Positions 25,887-37,695 of a stretch of 64,000 nt of DNA are shown here, one piece after another. The stretch covers positions 2,295,289 through 2,359,288 of the forward strand of contig MU057340.1 of NCBI GenBank assembly GCA_013239625.1, given 5' to 3'. The position numbers were made by a program, and so were the translations under genes. This stretch comes from Lama guanicoe (lineage: Eukaryota). Each line of letters begins with the position of its first letter. Position 1 is the first letter of the stretch. Under the pieces are notes generated by a model. The model was not told where the DNA came from and did not search any database. It was given only the letters and a program-made list of their open reading frames with translations.

Positions 25887-26464
25887 GTAGGGTGGCGAGG
25901 CAGAGTTCCTCAAAAGCCTCGTGCCATCCGCGAATTGCAGGTGGTCAGATTGTTTCTGGCCAGAGCAGCAGGATGGGGCTTGTGTGGGATGAGCTACAAG
26001 AAGCTAAGCTGAGGAAGTAGAGGACAGGGGGTACAGGGCCGGCCTGCCTGGCGAGGGGCTGAGGCTGTGTGTAGTATCGAGTAGGCTCGCCTAAGGAGTT
26101 TTGCCAAAGGAGGTCCAGTGAGAGCATGGCGCTGGCAGGACCTGGTGGCATGTCAGAGATGGCCATGTAACCTGGGGAGGGGCCAGTAGGGCGCCCTGCT
26201 GGCTGTGACTGACGCTTGGATGAGGGAGGAAGGGCTTCAGTGTGCACCTACAATGCGTCAGGTGGACAGAGGGGGATGACTTAGGAAGTTATGGGAGCTG
26301 CCCAGGCCCTCTTCGACCACCCACCCAGGGATCTAATGCAGTTGATCTAGGTGGTTATAAAGCTGGGTTAAGGCATACATTGACTCTTCCATTCCAGATG
26401 ATCAGATGAACTCTGTTTAACTGATTTTTACTGAATTTTATTTTTTATTAAATAATGATTATAA

Positions 26465-26660
26465 AGCTAATCTTTATTGAGCACTTACTGTATGCCAGGC
26501 CATCTTCTAAGCACTTCAGGTGTTTTTGTGTGATCCTTGCAACAGCTCTATGTAGAGGCGGAAGTGTGGAAAGGCTAACAGCTCACCAAGGACCTCTCAC
26601 CCACATGTGATGGAGGTGGGGTTCCAACCCGAACCCTCTGGCTCCAGGGTGATGGTCGTC
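26465..26660 (-). mobile_element. MIR SINE
   Basis: tttattgagcacttactgtatgccaggc...ttctaagcactt. Confidence 0.8.
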
Positions 26661-27499
26661 CTTCCTCTACGTGCGCTGATGACAAGCTCTGCCTGTGTGA
26701 GTCCTGAGCGGGGACAGGGAGGCTGTCCCCACACTTTAGAAATGGGCAGTGGGCAGCAGGTAGGTAACTCCCCAACATACAGATCAGCTGTCAGAAGGGC
26801 TGATAGGAAGCTTGCACTGTAATTCCATCTGTGACGAGCTTTGAGAATACAACACTGGAGGAGAATTACAAGTTTTGGTGATGTAGTTAATGAAAAAGTG
26901 AAAGATTTGTGGGAGGTGGACGTTCGGCTAAATTTGACCAGTGACTTTAAAGGCTAGTTTTTACAAGTTTCTTCCTTGTGTGTTAAATCCCCTCTTTGAT
27001 TTAGTCTTTTAATTTAATCCTTTTATCTACTCCTTGAGGATAAACAACCACTTGAGTGAAATTACCATGAAAAGAAAACAGTAATGAATTATTTAGAAAA
27101 TGATGAAAGATTCTTTTAAGGCCTTAGTAAAAAAAATTTTTTTTTTACTTCAAAACATTATGTAGAAAAACTTATTTTCCTGTGCAAGGAGACTTCTACT
27201 TGGTCAGAGTTTTGCCTGGGCCACCTTCTTTCCTCACCATTGTGCCACGTGGCACGGAGCCATGGAACCTGAGGTCTTCCTGTGCCTATTTTTGGCTTGC
27301 TTGGTTCCTTTGTATTTTAGGGGGAATTTAAGGAGTGAGTTCGGTGTATTCTGGCAGGCATGGGGTGGACTTTTTAGGGAGCAGGGAGCTGATGGGGTCA
27401 GATAAGGCCTTGCTGGGCTAGTAGCGTCGCTGGCAGGGTGGGTGGCGACCCTGTGGATGAGCCCCTCCCCGTGGCTGTGGGGGCTGGGGATGAGCATCT

Positions 27500-27680
27500 G
27501 GGGTTAGGATTCTGGTGTCCAGGCAGAGCACCACCCACTAGCTCTGTGACCTTGTGCAAGACATGGAGTCTCTTCGAGCCTCTTTGATCATTGGCAGATC
27601 AGGGATAATGATCCTCACTGTTGGCTCTTTCAAAGACCTGTGTACAAATCAAATGCCTTAGATAGCCCTGGTAAGCTCTG
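27500..27680 (+). mobile_element. MIR SINE
   Basis: ccactagctctgtgaccttgtgcaag. Confidence 0.6.
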
Positions 27681-27765
27681 GAATCATTTTGCAGTTCCTT
27701 TTCTGCTCTTCCTTCCAACCCAGAGCACTTTTTCACCTCATCACTTGGGTGAAATTGTTTTTTCT

Positions 27766-27928
27766 TTTTCTTTCTTTCTTTTTTTTTTGTTTAAAACTTA
27801 TGTAACTGTGCCTTTATTTTTGGGGGCAGGTTTGTTTGCTTATGTATTTAATTGTGGTACTGGGGTTGGAAACCAGGACCTGTGCATGCTAAGCACGCAC
27901 TTTACCCTTGAGCTATACCCTCCCCTCT
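27766..27928 (-). mobile_element. Vic-1 type SINE, long-tail form
   Basis: ccaggacctgtgcatgctaagcacgcact...gagctataccctcccc. 17-bp TSD gtgaaattgtt(t/c)tttct at 27749-27765 and 27929-27945. Confidence 0.92.
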
Positions 27929-29619
27929 GTGAAATTGTTCTTTCTAAGTGTAAATTCTCACAGGCGCCAGGCAGGTATGAAAATGAATGAAGTGGGCGGA
28001 GTGGGTGGGGATAGTGGCCCACACCTGTCACCTCCTTGAAATGCCAATCTTGCCCTGAGTAGAAAAAACCTCTTCTAATATTATGGTGCATGACCAAAAA
28101 TGAATGAATTCACCCTGAAGTTGATGGACCAGACACATGAGGCTACATGTATAACTTTACACACTTAAGGAACATATGGTACAAAGAAATGAGACATAGG
28201 TGTATAGTTGTAAACACATATGCCCTAACCATAAGGCTGGTGGTTAGTGGTACACACCAGGATGGCTCTGCTGGTTGTTAAAACACTTGGTAATCAGCAG
28301 CTGGCCCAGTCTCCCTGCCTCCACCCTTGCGCCCACCCTTGTCCTCCGCCGAGATCCTCTCGACTTATCCACTAACCAGCACCCGGAAGGGCTAGTGCCT
28401 GGCGTGGGCCTCCAGGACCAAGAGCAGCCGGGAAGAGATGCTGTCCTGTGTGGCTGGTGGGGACGAGAGCTCTGTTAGTTGTTAAATATGGTGATTGTCA
28501 CCTCTGTGTGCAAGTCCACTATTTTCTTCAACATAGATAGATCTTAGAAAGGTTTTTTTCTTTGGTGAAAGACTGACATTTTAGCTGTTGAAGTAACAGT
28601 TATTCTCAAATATGGTAGCCTCGTTAAAATGTAGGTTATCTTCTTGTAGTTAGGAGAGAACAAAACAGCTCAATAAAAATTCATTTTAAAGCAATTAAAA
28701 ACCAATAACTTGAAAGATAAATCTACTTGGCAGGCCTTTATTGATCACCTGCTTTGTGCTTGGGAAAAAGAATAACTTATCCCCAGTAGCGACCATTGGA
28801 TTGCCTCAGTGAACGTGCCAGGGTGCGTGACTGCTCTGGGTACTAGCAGCCCCGTGTACTTGCCGGATGGGGTGGGAAGGAGCGTCCCAGGGTGCTGTGG
28901 CTTGCAAGTAGCAGAGGCTGGGTGTGGACCAGGTCTGAAGGTTCCCAAGCCTCTGGGCTAACCTCGATGCCTGACAGCCTCTCCCCCAGTGGGTGACATG
29001 AAGGGAAAAACTGAGTAAGACAGAGGTGATTCTGTCTTTGCCTGCAGGAGCTCATTCTAGAAAGAAGGATCTAGACGTACACATGAAGAGTCCCCACAAT
29101 GCCATGTTACTTACACAAAGAGAAAAACCTTGTCCTTAGTGTCTTCTCCGGATGCATTTGTAACCCGTCAAGCCTAAAAAGGCAGCCAAAGAGAGCGACA
29201 CATTCATGTGCTGACCTAGAGGCCTGGGAAGGAGGCAGGGCACACCTTTGGCTCCGGTTTGGGCCGAGAGCCTCGTCTGACATAGGCCTAGCTTCCAGAA
29301 CGGTGGGATTCCTCCCTGCTCCCGTGTCGCCCTTGGGCGTGACACCTCAGAGCTCCTCAGAGTCACTGGGTAGCCCTCTTGACTCCTGGGCTTTTGCTAG
29401 CGGACCGGGCAAAGGGCAGATATGGTAAAGACAGTGTTTAATGGCCCAATGCAGTTCTAGAAAAAGCACATTCTGGAACGGAGGCAGCAGAATCCATCAG
29501 CTTTCTTGAGACCAGAAAGAGAGAGAAGCCCAGACAGAGGGGGCACTGCAGGCCCTGCTGGGGCAGCGCCGGCCCTCGCTGTTTTCCTGGTTTGGCTGCA
29601 GGCGAGTTTTCTGAAAGGT

Positions 29620-29750
29620 GGAGGGGCTTTCCACAGCCAGAGCATCTCTTTGCTGCTAAATTGTGCTCGGAAAATAATGACCTCACTCGTTCATGCCAAT
29701 GTGTCCAGTGACGTCAGAAGATCTGTTATGAATGGGCGACACGTGGGTGC
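29620..29750. promoter_or_regulatory. Putative enhancer motif cluster (NF-kB, CRE, E-box)
   Basis: GGGGCTTTCC 29623-29632, TGACCTCA 29678-29685, TGACGTCA 29709-29716 and CACGTG 29740-29745, in sequence I do not recognise as repeat. Confidence 0.35.
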
Positions 29751-30756
29751 GTTTAGTTAAGAAGATAAAGATTACTTCGGTGTTTATTACAAAGTCATAT
29801 GATAAAAGTAACACATCACTTTACAAAAGAATTGGAAAATAGTCTTCTACTCTGCCATATCCCAGGGACAGCCATTTTAATATTTTTCTTCATCTTTGCA
29901 ACTTTTTAATCCATTTTAGGACATATAGCTTTGGTCATCTTATAAATACAGTTTTGTATTCTGCAGTTTGGGGGGGAACTTTATTATCAAAAGATCTTTT
30001 GGAGATTGAAACTGTCTCCCTCCCACCATGTCTCTGCCCTGAGGTGAAGTCTTTTTTTTTTTTGCTTATAAAAGTAATACTTGATACAGTTTTAAGAAAG
30101 TAAAGGGTACTGAAAGTTAGTGGTCTCTGTTTTAAAAGGCTCCTGGCACCTTCATTTTCTGTCTTCCCCATGCCTTTTCCTGCATAGGTTTTGCGGTAAG
30201 CTCTTTGTCTGCAGTGTTTCTCTTAGAAGGAGTAGAATTTTGTTCTGAGGGAATAGGGCACAGCAAGGTCAGCGGCTAAAACTTGGGTGATGTCTGGAAA
30301 AGAAGCCCCATCAAGGCAGTTCAGCGGGCTTCATGTGTCTCCTGCAGCCTCCGTCCCGCCTGGACGTATGAGGATGCTGGCACATCTTCAAAGCCATCAT
30401 CCTCTCTGTGTGGTCCAAGCCACCATGTGTGTGGGAGGAAGAGAGAGAGCAGGGTCACCAGATTTGGTTTTGGAGCATCACAAGTTACACTGCTGGGATG
30501 TGGACATTATCCTGGTATTTCACATCTCTTTCTCCTTGGTGGTTGTGTCTGTAGAAGAAAAGTTGCTGGCAGAAAACGCAGATGTGTCAGACTCTCCCGG
30601 AGTTCTTCCTTACCCTGTTTATGGTGTCTTGGTTGGTTCTACCAGATTAACAGTGAGGGGGTTGATTTTTTCATTTAGCCCTGCCTCATGCAGCGCCAGT
30701 CCATTATGGTCTGTTCATCTCAAATGTTTTTATGTTTAAAAAGTATGTGTATAAAA

Positions 30757-31016
30757 CAATATGATTTCATGTTTGTGAAATATCCAGAAGAAGCAAATTT
30801 ATAGAGGCTGAAAGTAGGTGAAGGCTGGGGGTGTGGGGAGAAAGCAAGAAGTGACATCTAGAGGGTAAGGAGTTTCTTTTTGGGGTGATCACAATGTTCT
30901 AAAATTAAATAGTTGTGCAACTCTGAATATACTAAAACCTGTTGACTTGTACACTTTAAATCAGTGAATTAATTATATGGTGTGTAAGTAATGTCTCAAC
31001 AACACTGAAAAAAAAC
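30757..31016 (+). mobile_element. L1MB-like 3'UTR fragment
   Basis: gtttctttttggggtgatcacaatgttctaaaatt ... tgaatatactaaaacc ... gtacactttaaa. Confidence 0.85.
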
Positions 31017-31096
31017 ATGAATATATGTATGTCCACTGCAGTGCTGAACAATGCAGTTAACATAACCCATTGGAAAGACACGTCCCTTAAAGAGAG

Positions 31097-31098
<2 letters not shown>

Positions 31099-31128
<30 letters not shown>
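31099..31128 (+). repeat. (CA)15 microsatellite
   Basis: Perfect CA run. Confidence 0.98.
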
Positions 31129-31129
<1 letters not shown>

Positions 31130-31225
31130 TCTTTACGCACAGGAATGAATGGACAATCAGGTGTCTGGATGTGAGGGATAACTTTTAATTTTCTTTTCTT
31201 TTGTTTTGAGAATGGATGGAGAGCT

Positions 31226-31410
31226 ACTCAGTGGAGTCACCCGACTTGTGAGAGCCAATTGTTAAATTTTAAGGATTTTTGTGAATTGGTGACATCAAGT
31301 CGGTAGCAAAGGTGGGTGTATTTACACAACAGAAATTGGCAAATGCAGTAAGTCAGGGCTTTTATGTATTTATTTTTTTCCTTCTTCCAGAGAGCCATCA
31401 CACCATTCCC
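31226..31410. mobile_element. MER63-like hAT-Blackjack MITE
   Basis: gacttgtgagagccaattgttaaatttt ... tatttacacaacagaaattggcaaatgc. Confidence 0.65.
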
Positions 31411-32744
31411 CTCCTCCGAGGTCCCTTGCATCACAGGAAGTCTGGTGTCCTCCTGGCAACAGAACTAAGAGCTGGGTTTAGGAGAACGGTGTTGAGAGGT
31501 GGGGGTGGGGTGGTCAGTCAGGAGGCTCAGTGCCCAGGGCACTCTTCTGCTCTCCCATGTGCCTTCTGTCCTAAAGCAACTGATTGACATATTTCTTTAG
31601 CATTTGGAGGCTAACCTGAGGGGTCTTCTCTTTTTGGGCAGCTGCGCTCTGTGGAATGTCTGCTAATAATTAGTGACTGCTTTTGCACTGCCTGAAAAGA
31701 AGACACTTTGATCCCCAGATCCCCAGACCAGGCTTGTTACTGAGTGCTGCTCTCTCCCATGGAGGCTGCCCTGTTGTGGCTCTAGATAAAATTTCCAGCT
31801 GTGACTTGTGAAGCTAAGGAACAGAATCTACTTTCTTTCTTATTCATCTCCTTTAATTAATTCAGTCTGATTTAGGCTTAGATATTTAAAAGTCATTTTT
31901 TCCAGACAGGAAATATCGGAATTATTCATATCCTCCCCGTTAAGAACTGTGCCGATGTGTCCCCTGAGAAATCAGTGCTACACATCTGACTGCTGTAGCC
32001 CTGTGTCAGTTTGTCAACATCTCTCAGTGAGATTAGTCTTTAGACAGCTAGCCACGATGGAAACCAGGGTAATAATAGAGGGTTTGGGAAAATCGCAGGT
32101 GATACAAGTGAAGATTAAACCCAGATGAAATTCTCTTCATGCCTATGTGGTTTCAGATTTCATTGGTTCATTACTTTTACTTTTTATTAATAAGAAAAGT
32201 AGTGGCATAATGTATTTCATTAAATTATATTAATATTTGGTCTGTTTCCTTTGTGTGATGATCGAAATGAAATTTTGACATGAAACTTCTAAAACTGAGC
32301 CTTTCCTTCAAATGGAAATGTATTTATACATTTCTTTTTGATAATTCATATTGTAAAATACAGTTAGGACGCAGAAAGTAAAAGCTGACGTTTGATCCTC
32401 TCCTCAGAGATAACGGAGATACTTTTGTGTTAACTGGGATGATACCTTTGAGGTAACATACGAAGTGAAAACGGCAGGTTAGAGAGTAGTGTGTATAATA
32501 TGATCTGAGTTATATACAGAAAGTACACCCTTAATCTGGAAGTATTTATGCCCTGGACAAAAGTGTGCATTTGTGTGTGTACATACAAATGAGCAAAAGA
32601 GAACTTACAACCTTTTCTTTCGTAATGAATGTGAGGTGCTTCACTAACTGGTCCCCTATCGATGGATGCTTAGGAATCACCTTTTTAGAATTCTAAACAA
32701 TGATGTAATGAGAATATACAACAGCACAGTTTTGTGTAGTAATT

Positions 32745-32928
32745 GTGTGTCTCCTATTGCCCTTGTGATGACATTGGGCTCACCTGGATGATCCAGGCTG
32801 CGCTCCCCATTCCCTATCCTCAAGGTCCTTAATCACATCTGCACAACCCCTTTTTATCATTAAGGTAACATCTTAACAGTTTCTGGGGATCAGGCATGGA
32901 TATCTTTGGGGAGCACTATTCTACCATA
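32745..32928 (-). mobile_element. MaLR LTR fragment (MLT1C/D-like)
   Basis: ttgtgatgacattgggctcacctggatgatccagg ... ttctggggatcaggcatggatatctttgggg. Confidence 0.75.
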
Positions 32929-33120
32929 TGATTTAAGACAAACTGCTAGCTTAACTTTATTTGGTTTAACCCATTTCTGTGTCTGAGCACTAGGTCCTAG
33001 GGATACAGAAATGAGTGGCACAGTTTTTTTGTTTTTCCAAGGGTTTATAGTATTGAAAAGAGACGGGGACTCATGACGAATGAGGTGTTGGATGATCTGA
33101 GGGTCAGAGACAGCTAGAAC

Positions 33121-33218
33121 TTTTTTTTTTTCAAATTTAAGCACTGTCAGTTACAATGTGTCGGTTTCTTGTGTATAGCACAATGTCCCAGTCATGCATA
33201 CACATACATGTATTCGTA
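33121..33218 (-). mobile_element. Very short lineage-type L1 3' tip
   Basis: poly(T) followed by cagttacaatgtgtc...cacaatgtcccagtcatgcatacacatacatgtattcg. Perfect 14-bp TSD agagacagctagaa at 33106-33119 and 33219-33232. Confidence 0.9.
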
Positions 33219-33342
33219 AGAGACAGCTAGAAATGAGGGTGGAGGTTCATCGGCAGCAGACCAGCAAGTGCTTGTGTGAGCTCATGAAACAGGACTTGAT
33301 CTGGTGGATCAGGTCTCCGTATCCTGGGTTGATGGAAGGACA

Positions 33343-33470
33343 CCAGGGGTTCCTTGTACCACCTCACCTTGTATGTGAAATTTTAGGCGTTTTGCATTTT
33401 CCTGTGGAAGGGTTGATGACGTTCATTAGATTTTCAGTAGGATTTGTGAACCGGAAGTTCAGTGCCACAG
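33343..33470. mobile_element. hAT-Charlie MITE (MER103-like)
   Basis: tgcattttcctgtggaagggttgatgacgttcattagattttcagtagg. Confidence 0.45.
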
Positions 33471-35543
33471 CCGTGGTTGATGGGACCTTGAAGGACCCTA
33501 AGAAGGGACATGATGACATGATTGAATTTTCACCCTGGAAAACTGGCCCCTGCGGGACTTGGGGTACACAGGTAGAGGCAGAAACCTCCTTAGGAGGCCC
33601 TTATGGTGATGGGAGCCAGATGGTGAGGTTGCGCAGATGCGGAAACAGAGCAGCGTTACTGGTCTACAGTAGATGAGGGAGTTGACCTGACAGGACTGAA
33701 ACACCTTGGATTGAGGTGGGTGGAGGATAATTTGCCTGTGTTCAGGATGGATGAAGGCCCTATTAGTGGACTTAGGGCATACAGAATGATGATCAAGTTT
33801 AGGGGTCATGGTGGGAGGGAGATGACCAAATTCAGTTTTGTGTATATTCATATTGTATTGTCTATGGGACATCCAAATGGAGGTCAATACTATGCAATAG
33901 ATAAGCATAGAGATTTCTAGAATACAGAGGTATAGATACTCATGAACTATATCTCTATATTTTTATTTCTTCCTACCTGATACCCTTCACTCTGTTCCTC
34001 AGCAGTAGAGCTAAACCCTTAAAATAAGCAGGGACCTAGGTTAGGGATTTTTTGTAAGGGGAGGGGGACAAGTAGCAATAGCTGTAAGTTTTTCATAGTT
34101 TTATAATCTACAAGGTATTTTTTACAAACCAAATCCCATTTTATCTATCAGACTCGTGGTGGTAATGGAGGCTGGCAGTGGATAGACTGTAACTGACATG
34201 AGGGTAATGAAGATAAATAATAATTATTGATAGTGTGTATCGAACCAGGCTGGAGAGAGAGATGTCAGACACGGAGAGGGCATACCTGTGTCTGGATCCA
34301 AAACAGTTTGGGAAGAAGTAGCCATGATCGATCCTAGAGACTTGCCAGGACCCGGCATCGGAGAGGGATGGGCCTCTTCGCTGGTGGCGCCGCTTGGGCT
34401 GGCCCGGAGGAGAATCAGCTGAGTGTCTTTGGCCCCACCGAATCGGCTCTGCAGATGAGGAGGATTCTGCAACGCAGGCAGGGCGCCCGGCCTTTGGGAA
34501 CCTGAGTGCCTTGGGTCTGGTGCCAGTCTTTGCATCACTTGCTATTAGCCTTTGTGGAGGGCTGGTGAAGCGCTAGTAAGGAAAGACAGGGAACGCAGTC
34601 CCATCCCTCAGGCTGCAGACATGGCATCACAGGCGGAGAGAAATCCTCTTCAGAGGGAAGCCTCTGCAAACTGATGTGCCGGGGGCAAGCCTTTCCCCGG
34701 ACAGGGACTGAGTTCCTAGATTTGTGTGAGGACGCGTCATCTAGGAGGACGAAGGGGTCAGCGCTTGAAAGAAAGGAAGTGAGCTGGAATACCACGGGCA
34801 GATTTGTTGATGTGAGCGCCTAACATGGTGTTGGTTTCAAAGTCCTTTAAAATCGGGGTCTTTAATGTCTAGTAATTGGCTCTTGATGGAAAGGTGTCTT
34901 CTTACTGGGGAATATCAGATTCCAGCCAAACTCAGTGAAAAGGGCTTTGGTTTTCTGAAATGGAAGCTGCCACCTCCCACGACATGCCCCTCTCCCGCCT
35001 TCCCAGCTCTTCCCTTCGCTCATCAATAAGCCTTTCTTCCCCAGACCGGTCCTCTGCTGCTGCTGCCCATTGCCACTGGATGCTAGCAACTCACTAGCCA
35101 AAACAGTGAGTGTCACCAGTCCTGTTCTGTTGTTTCTTATTATCACGTGGACCTGATGCTCGGTTGTCAGAGCCGCTGTAGTGGAAGAAGGCTGGTGTAA
35201 GGGCAGGAGTGCTTAAGAGGGGGTGGGGGGCCCACATTTTGCTCAGCTCTGCAGGTCCCCGGCTCTGGGTCTGCCCTTGGGAAGGAGGGTCCTGCCCTTT
35301 GAGCCGGGGAGATTGCCTCACCCCAGTTCGAGATGCCTCAAGTTCTCTCAAGTAACCTTGAAAGTGGTCTTGTGAAATTCTCAGCATCTTGAAGTAAAAA
35401 TTTAAACCCATCTTCAGAAAGTGCTGTTTATCTGACTAGGAGGTTGAGTTGTGAAATTAAACACTGGCAAGATGTTCTCAACCTGCCCCAGAGGTGGTAA
35501 ATTGCAATCTTGGGAGAAAGGGCCGTGTCTACGGAAGCTCCTG

Positions 35544-36110
35544 GGTTCCAGTCACTGTGGCTGCAGAGAAAAATAGTGGCTCAAAACCAACAATAATGCT
35601 GATGCTCTCAAGGTGTCTGGGGTCCAGCATTTGGGAGGAGCTCGGCCGTGTGGTTCTGGCCTGGAGTTCCCGGTGAGGTTGCCATCAGAGGATATGGCTG
35701 TGGTTTTGGTCATCTCAAAGGCCTCTCTACTTACACACGTATGAGGCCTGGTCAGGAAGCCCTCCAGCAGCTGGGGGCTGGCAGGGGTGGGGCTCCTTGG
35801 ACACCTCTCTCCATCCCCATGTCGTCTGTCCATGTTCTCTCTCCAGCACGGTGGCATCAGGGTCATCAGACTTCTTCTGTGTTGGCTCAGGTCTCTGAAG
35901 GTGTGTGTCCCAAGAGAACCCGGTGGAAACTGGTTTACCCTGGATAATTTAGCTTCAGGAGTTGTGCTGATTGATAGCTTCAGAACTTCTGCTATCTTCT
36001 CTCTGCCCAGGTTCTGGGGAAGGGAATTTGGCACCATCAACTCCCCTCCTTCGGGTCTTGGTGGTGAGTGTCAGCATTACATTGTGAGATGCACCCATGG
36101 GATAAGAAAG
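35544..36110 (-). mobile_element. Old MaLR LTR (MLT1G/H-like)
   Basis: tagtggctcaaaaccaac ... gcatttgggaggagctcggcc ... ctctctccatccccatgt ... gtcccaagagaacccggtggaaactg. Confidence 0.65.
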
Positions 36111-37311
36111 TTACTGGTGTAGCCATCTTTGGAAAATGCAGCCTACCCTACCCTCTGGCCAGGGATTTCATTGGAAACTGACTTGTTACAGCTGGTGAGC
36201 TTGGGAATTGGAGTGTTGGAGAATCTTCATTAGGAATCTGGTTTCTTTCTTCCCTCTGGAGGTGATGAGACATGAAAGCAAAAAGGAAAGGATGTGGTGG
36301 TGGCCAGGGCTCTTGGCCCTTGTTTTCTCTTTTCCATATGACTGCAGGATAGGACTAGACTTCAAAAAACTTTGTGGGCCGTTGACCAAGGTAGGAGGGA
36401 CTTTCCAAGGGGAAGAAGCCATTCAGGAACACATGATCGGGCATCAGAAGGGGTTAGTGTTAGCTTTGGGAAAGGATTTTGGTCCATATAGTGCCAGCAT
36501 ATCCTGGAAGTGATCAAAAGACTTTTCAATCACTCCCTCATCCTGTTCTTCAGAAGTGAAGGGTCAGGTAGCCCAGGGGTAGGGAAGCTGGGGCAGGAGG
36601 CTGCTGTCTGTGGTTGGGGAGTGACCGTGGGCACCATGGCCTCTTGTTTGATTCCCCCCTTGGCAGTGGTCTCTTTCATGTAGCACATGCTGGAGGCTGT
36701 GAACTGGTCCATCTCTTGGTGTGAGAGTTCTCTTAGGAAAGGATGTAGTTTCGTAACTGAAGTGGACAAGTGGCCACATGGGTGGATTTTGGCCTCGCAG
36801 ATGTGAAACAGACATGGGCTTATCTTGCCTCTAAAAGGAAATGGTGTCAACACCCACCTCCCATTGTAAATTACTTTGTGGTTGGGTTCTTAGGCGGATC
36901 AGTCGTTTATTTAGAAGAAATGAACTACGTGCTTACTGTATGTAAGTCCATGATAGGGTGTGAAGAGGAGAAAGCGTCCTCCCTTTTATTTTTTTTAAAA
37001 CAATCTCTCTATTCTTTAAACATAGTAAAAGAGGAACCAGAAATGGTAAAAAACAACCAAAAAAAAAAGTGAGGACCTGCTATCTGATTTGGGGGCTTGA
37101 ATTTGGGGTCTCAGTGTTTGGAAGAATGTTAACACCAATGATCAAGAGACTTTGTATGGGCAGAAGACCCAAACAAGCAATTCTCCAAGGAAGAAATACA
37201 AATGATTAATAGGCACATGAAAAATTGCTCAATATCACTAATTAGCAGAGAAAAGCAAATCAAAACTACAGTGAAGTATTACCTCACACCAGTCAGAATG
37301 GCCATCATTCA

Positions 37312-37444
37312 NNNNNNNNNNNNNNNNNNNNNNNNNNNNNNNNNNNNNNNNNNNNNNNNNNNNNNNNNNNNNNNNNNNNNNNNNNNNNNNNNNNNNNNNN
37401 NNNNNNNNNNNNNNNNNNNNNNNNNNNNNNNNNNNNNNNNNNNN
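37312..37444. other. Assembly gap (133 N)
   Basis: Run of N. Confidence 1.
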
Positions 37445-37507
37445 TTACCATAGGACCCAGGAATCCCACTCCTGGGCTTATATCCAGAAGGAACCCTACT
37501 TCAAAAA

Positions 37508-37695
37508 NNNNNNNNNNNNNNNNNNNNNNNNNNNNNNNNNNNNNNNNNNNNNNNNNNNNNNNNNNNNNNNNNNNNNNNNNNNNNNNNNNNNNNNNNNNNN
37601 NNNNNNNNNNNNNNNNNNNNNNNNNNNNNNNNNNNNNNNNNNNNNNNNNNNNNNNNNNNNNNNNNNNNNNNNNNNNNNNNNNNNNNNNNNNNNNN
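37508..37695. other. Assembly gap (188 N)
   Basis: Run of N. Confidence 1.

Larger units (their letters stand above)
32960..33930 (-). mobile_element. L2 fragments with nested insertions
   Basis: gcactaggtcctagggatacagaaatgag; aaattcagttttgtgtatattcatattgtattgtctatgggacatccaaatggag. Confidence 0.65.

Noticed and set aside
29529-29548. CTCF site cagacagagggggcactg
   Set aside because: Only the 3' half (AGGGGGCAC) matches. The CCASY half is absent.
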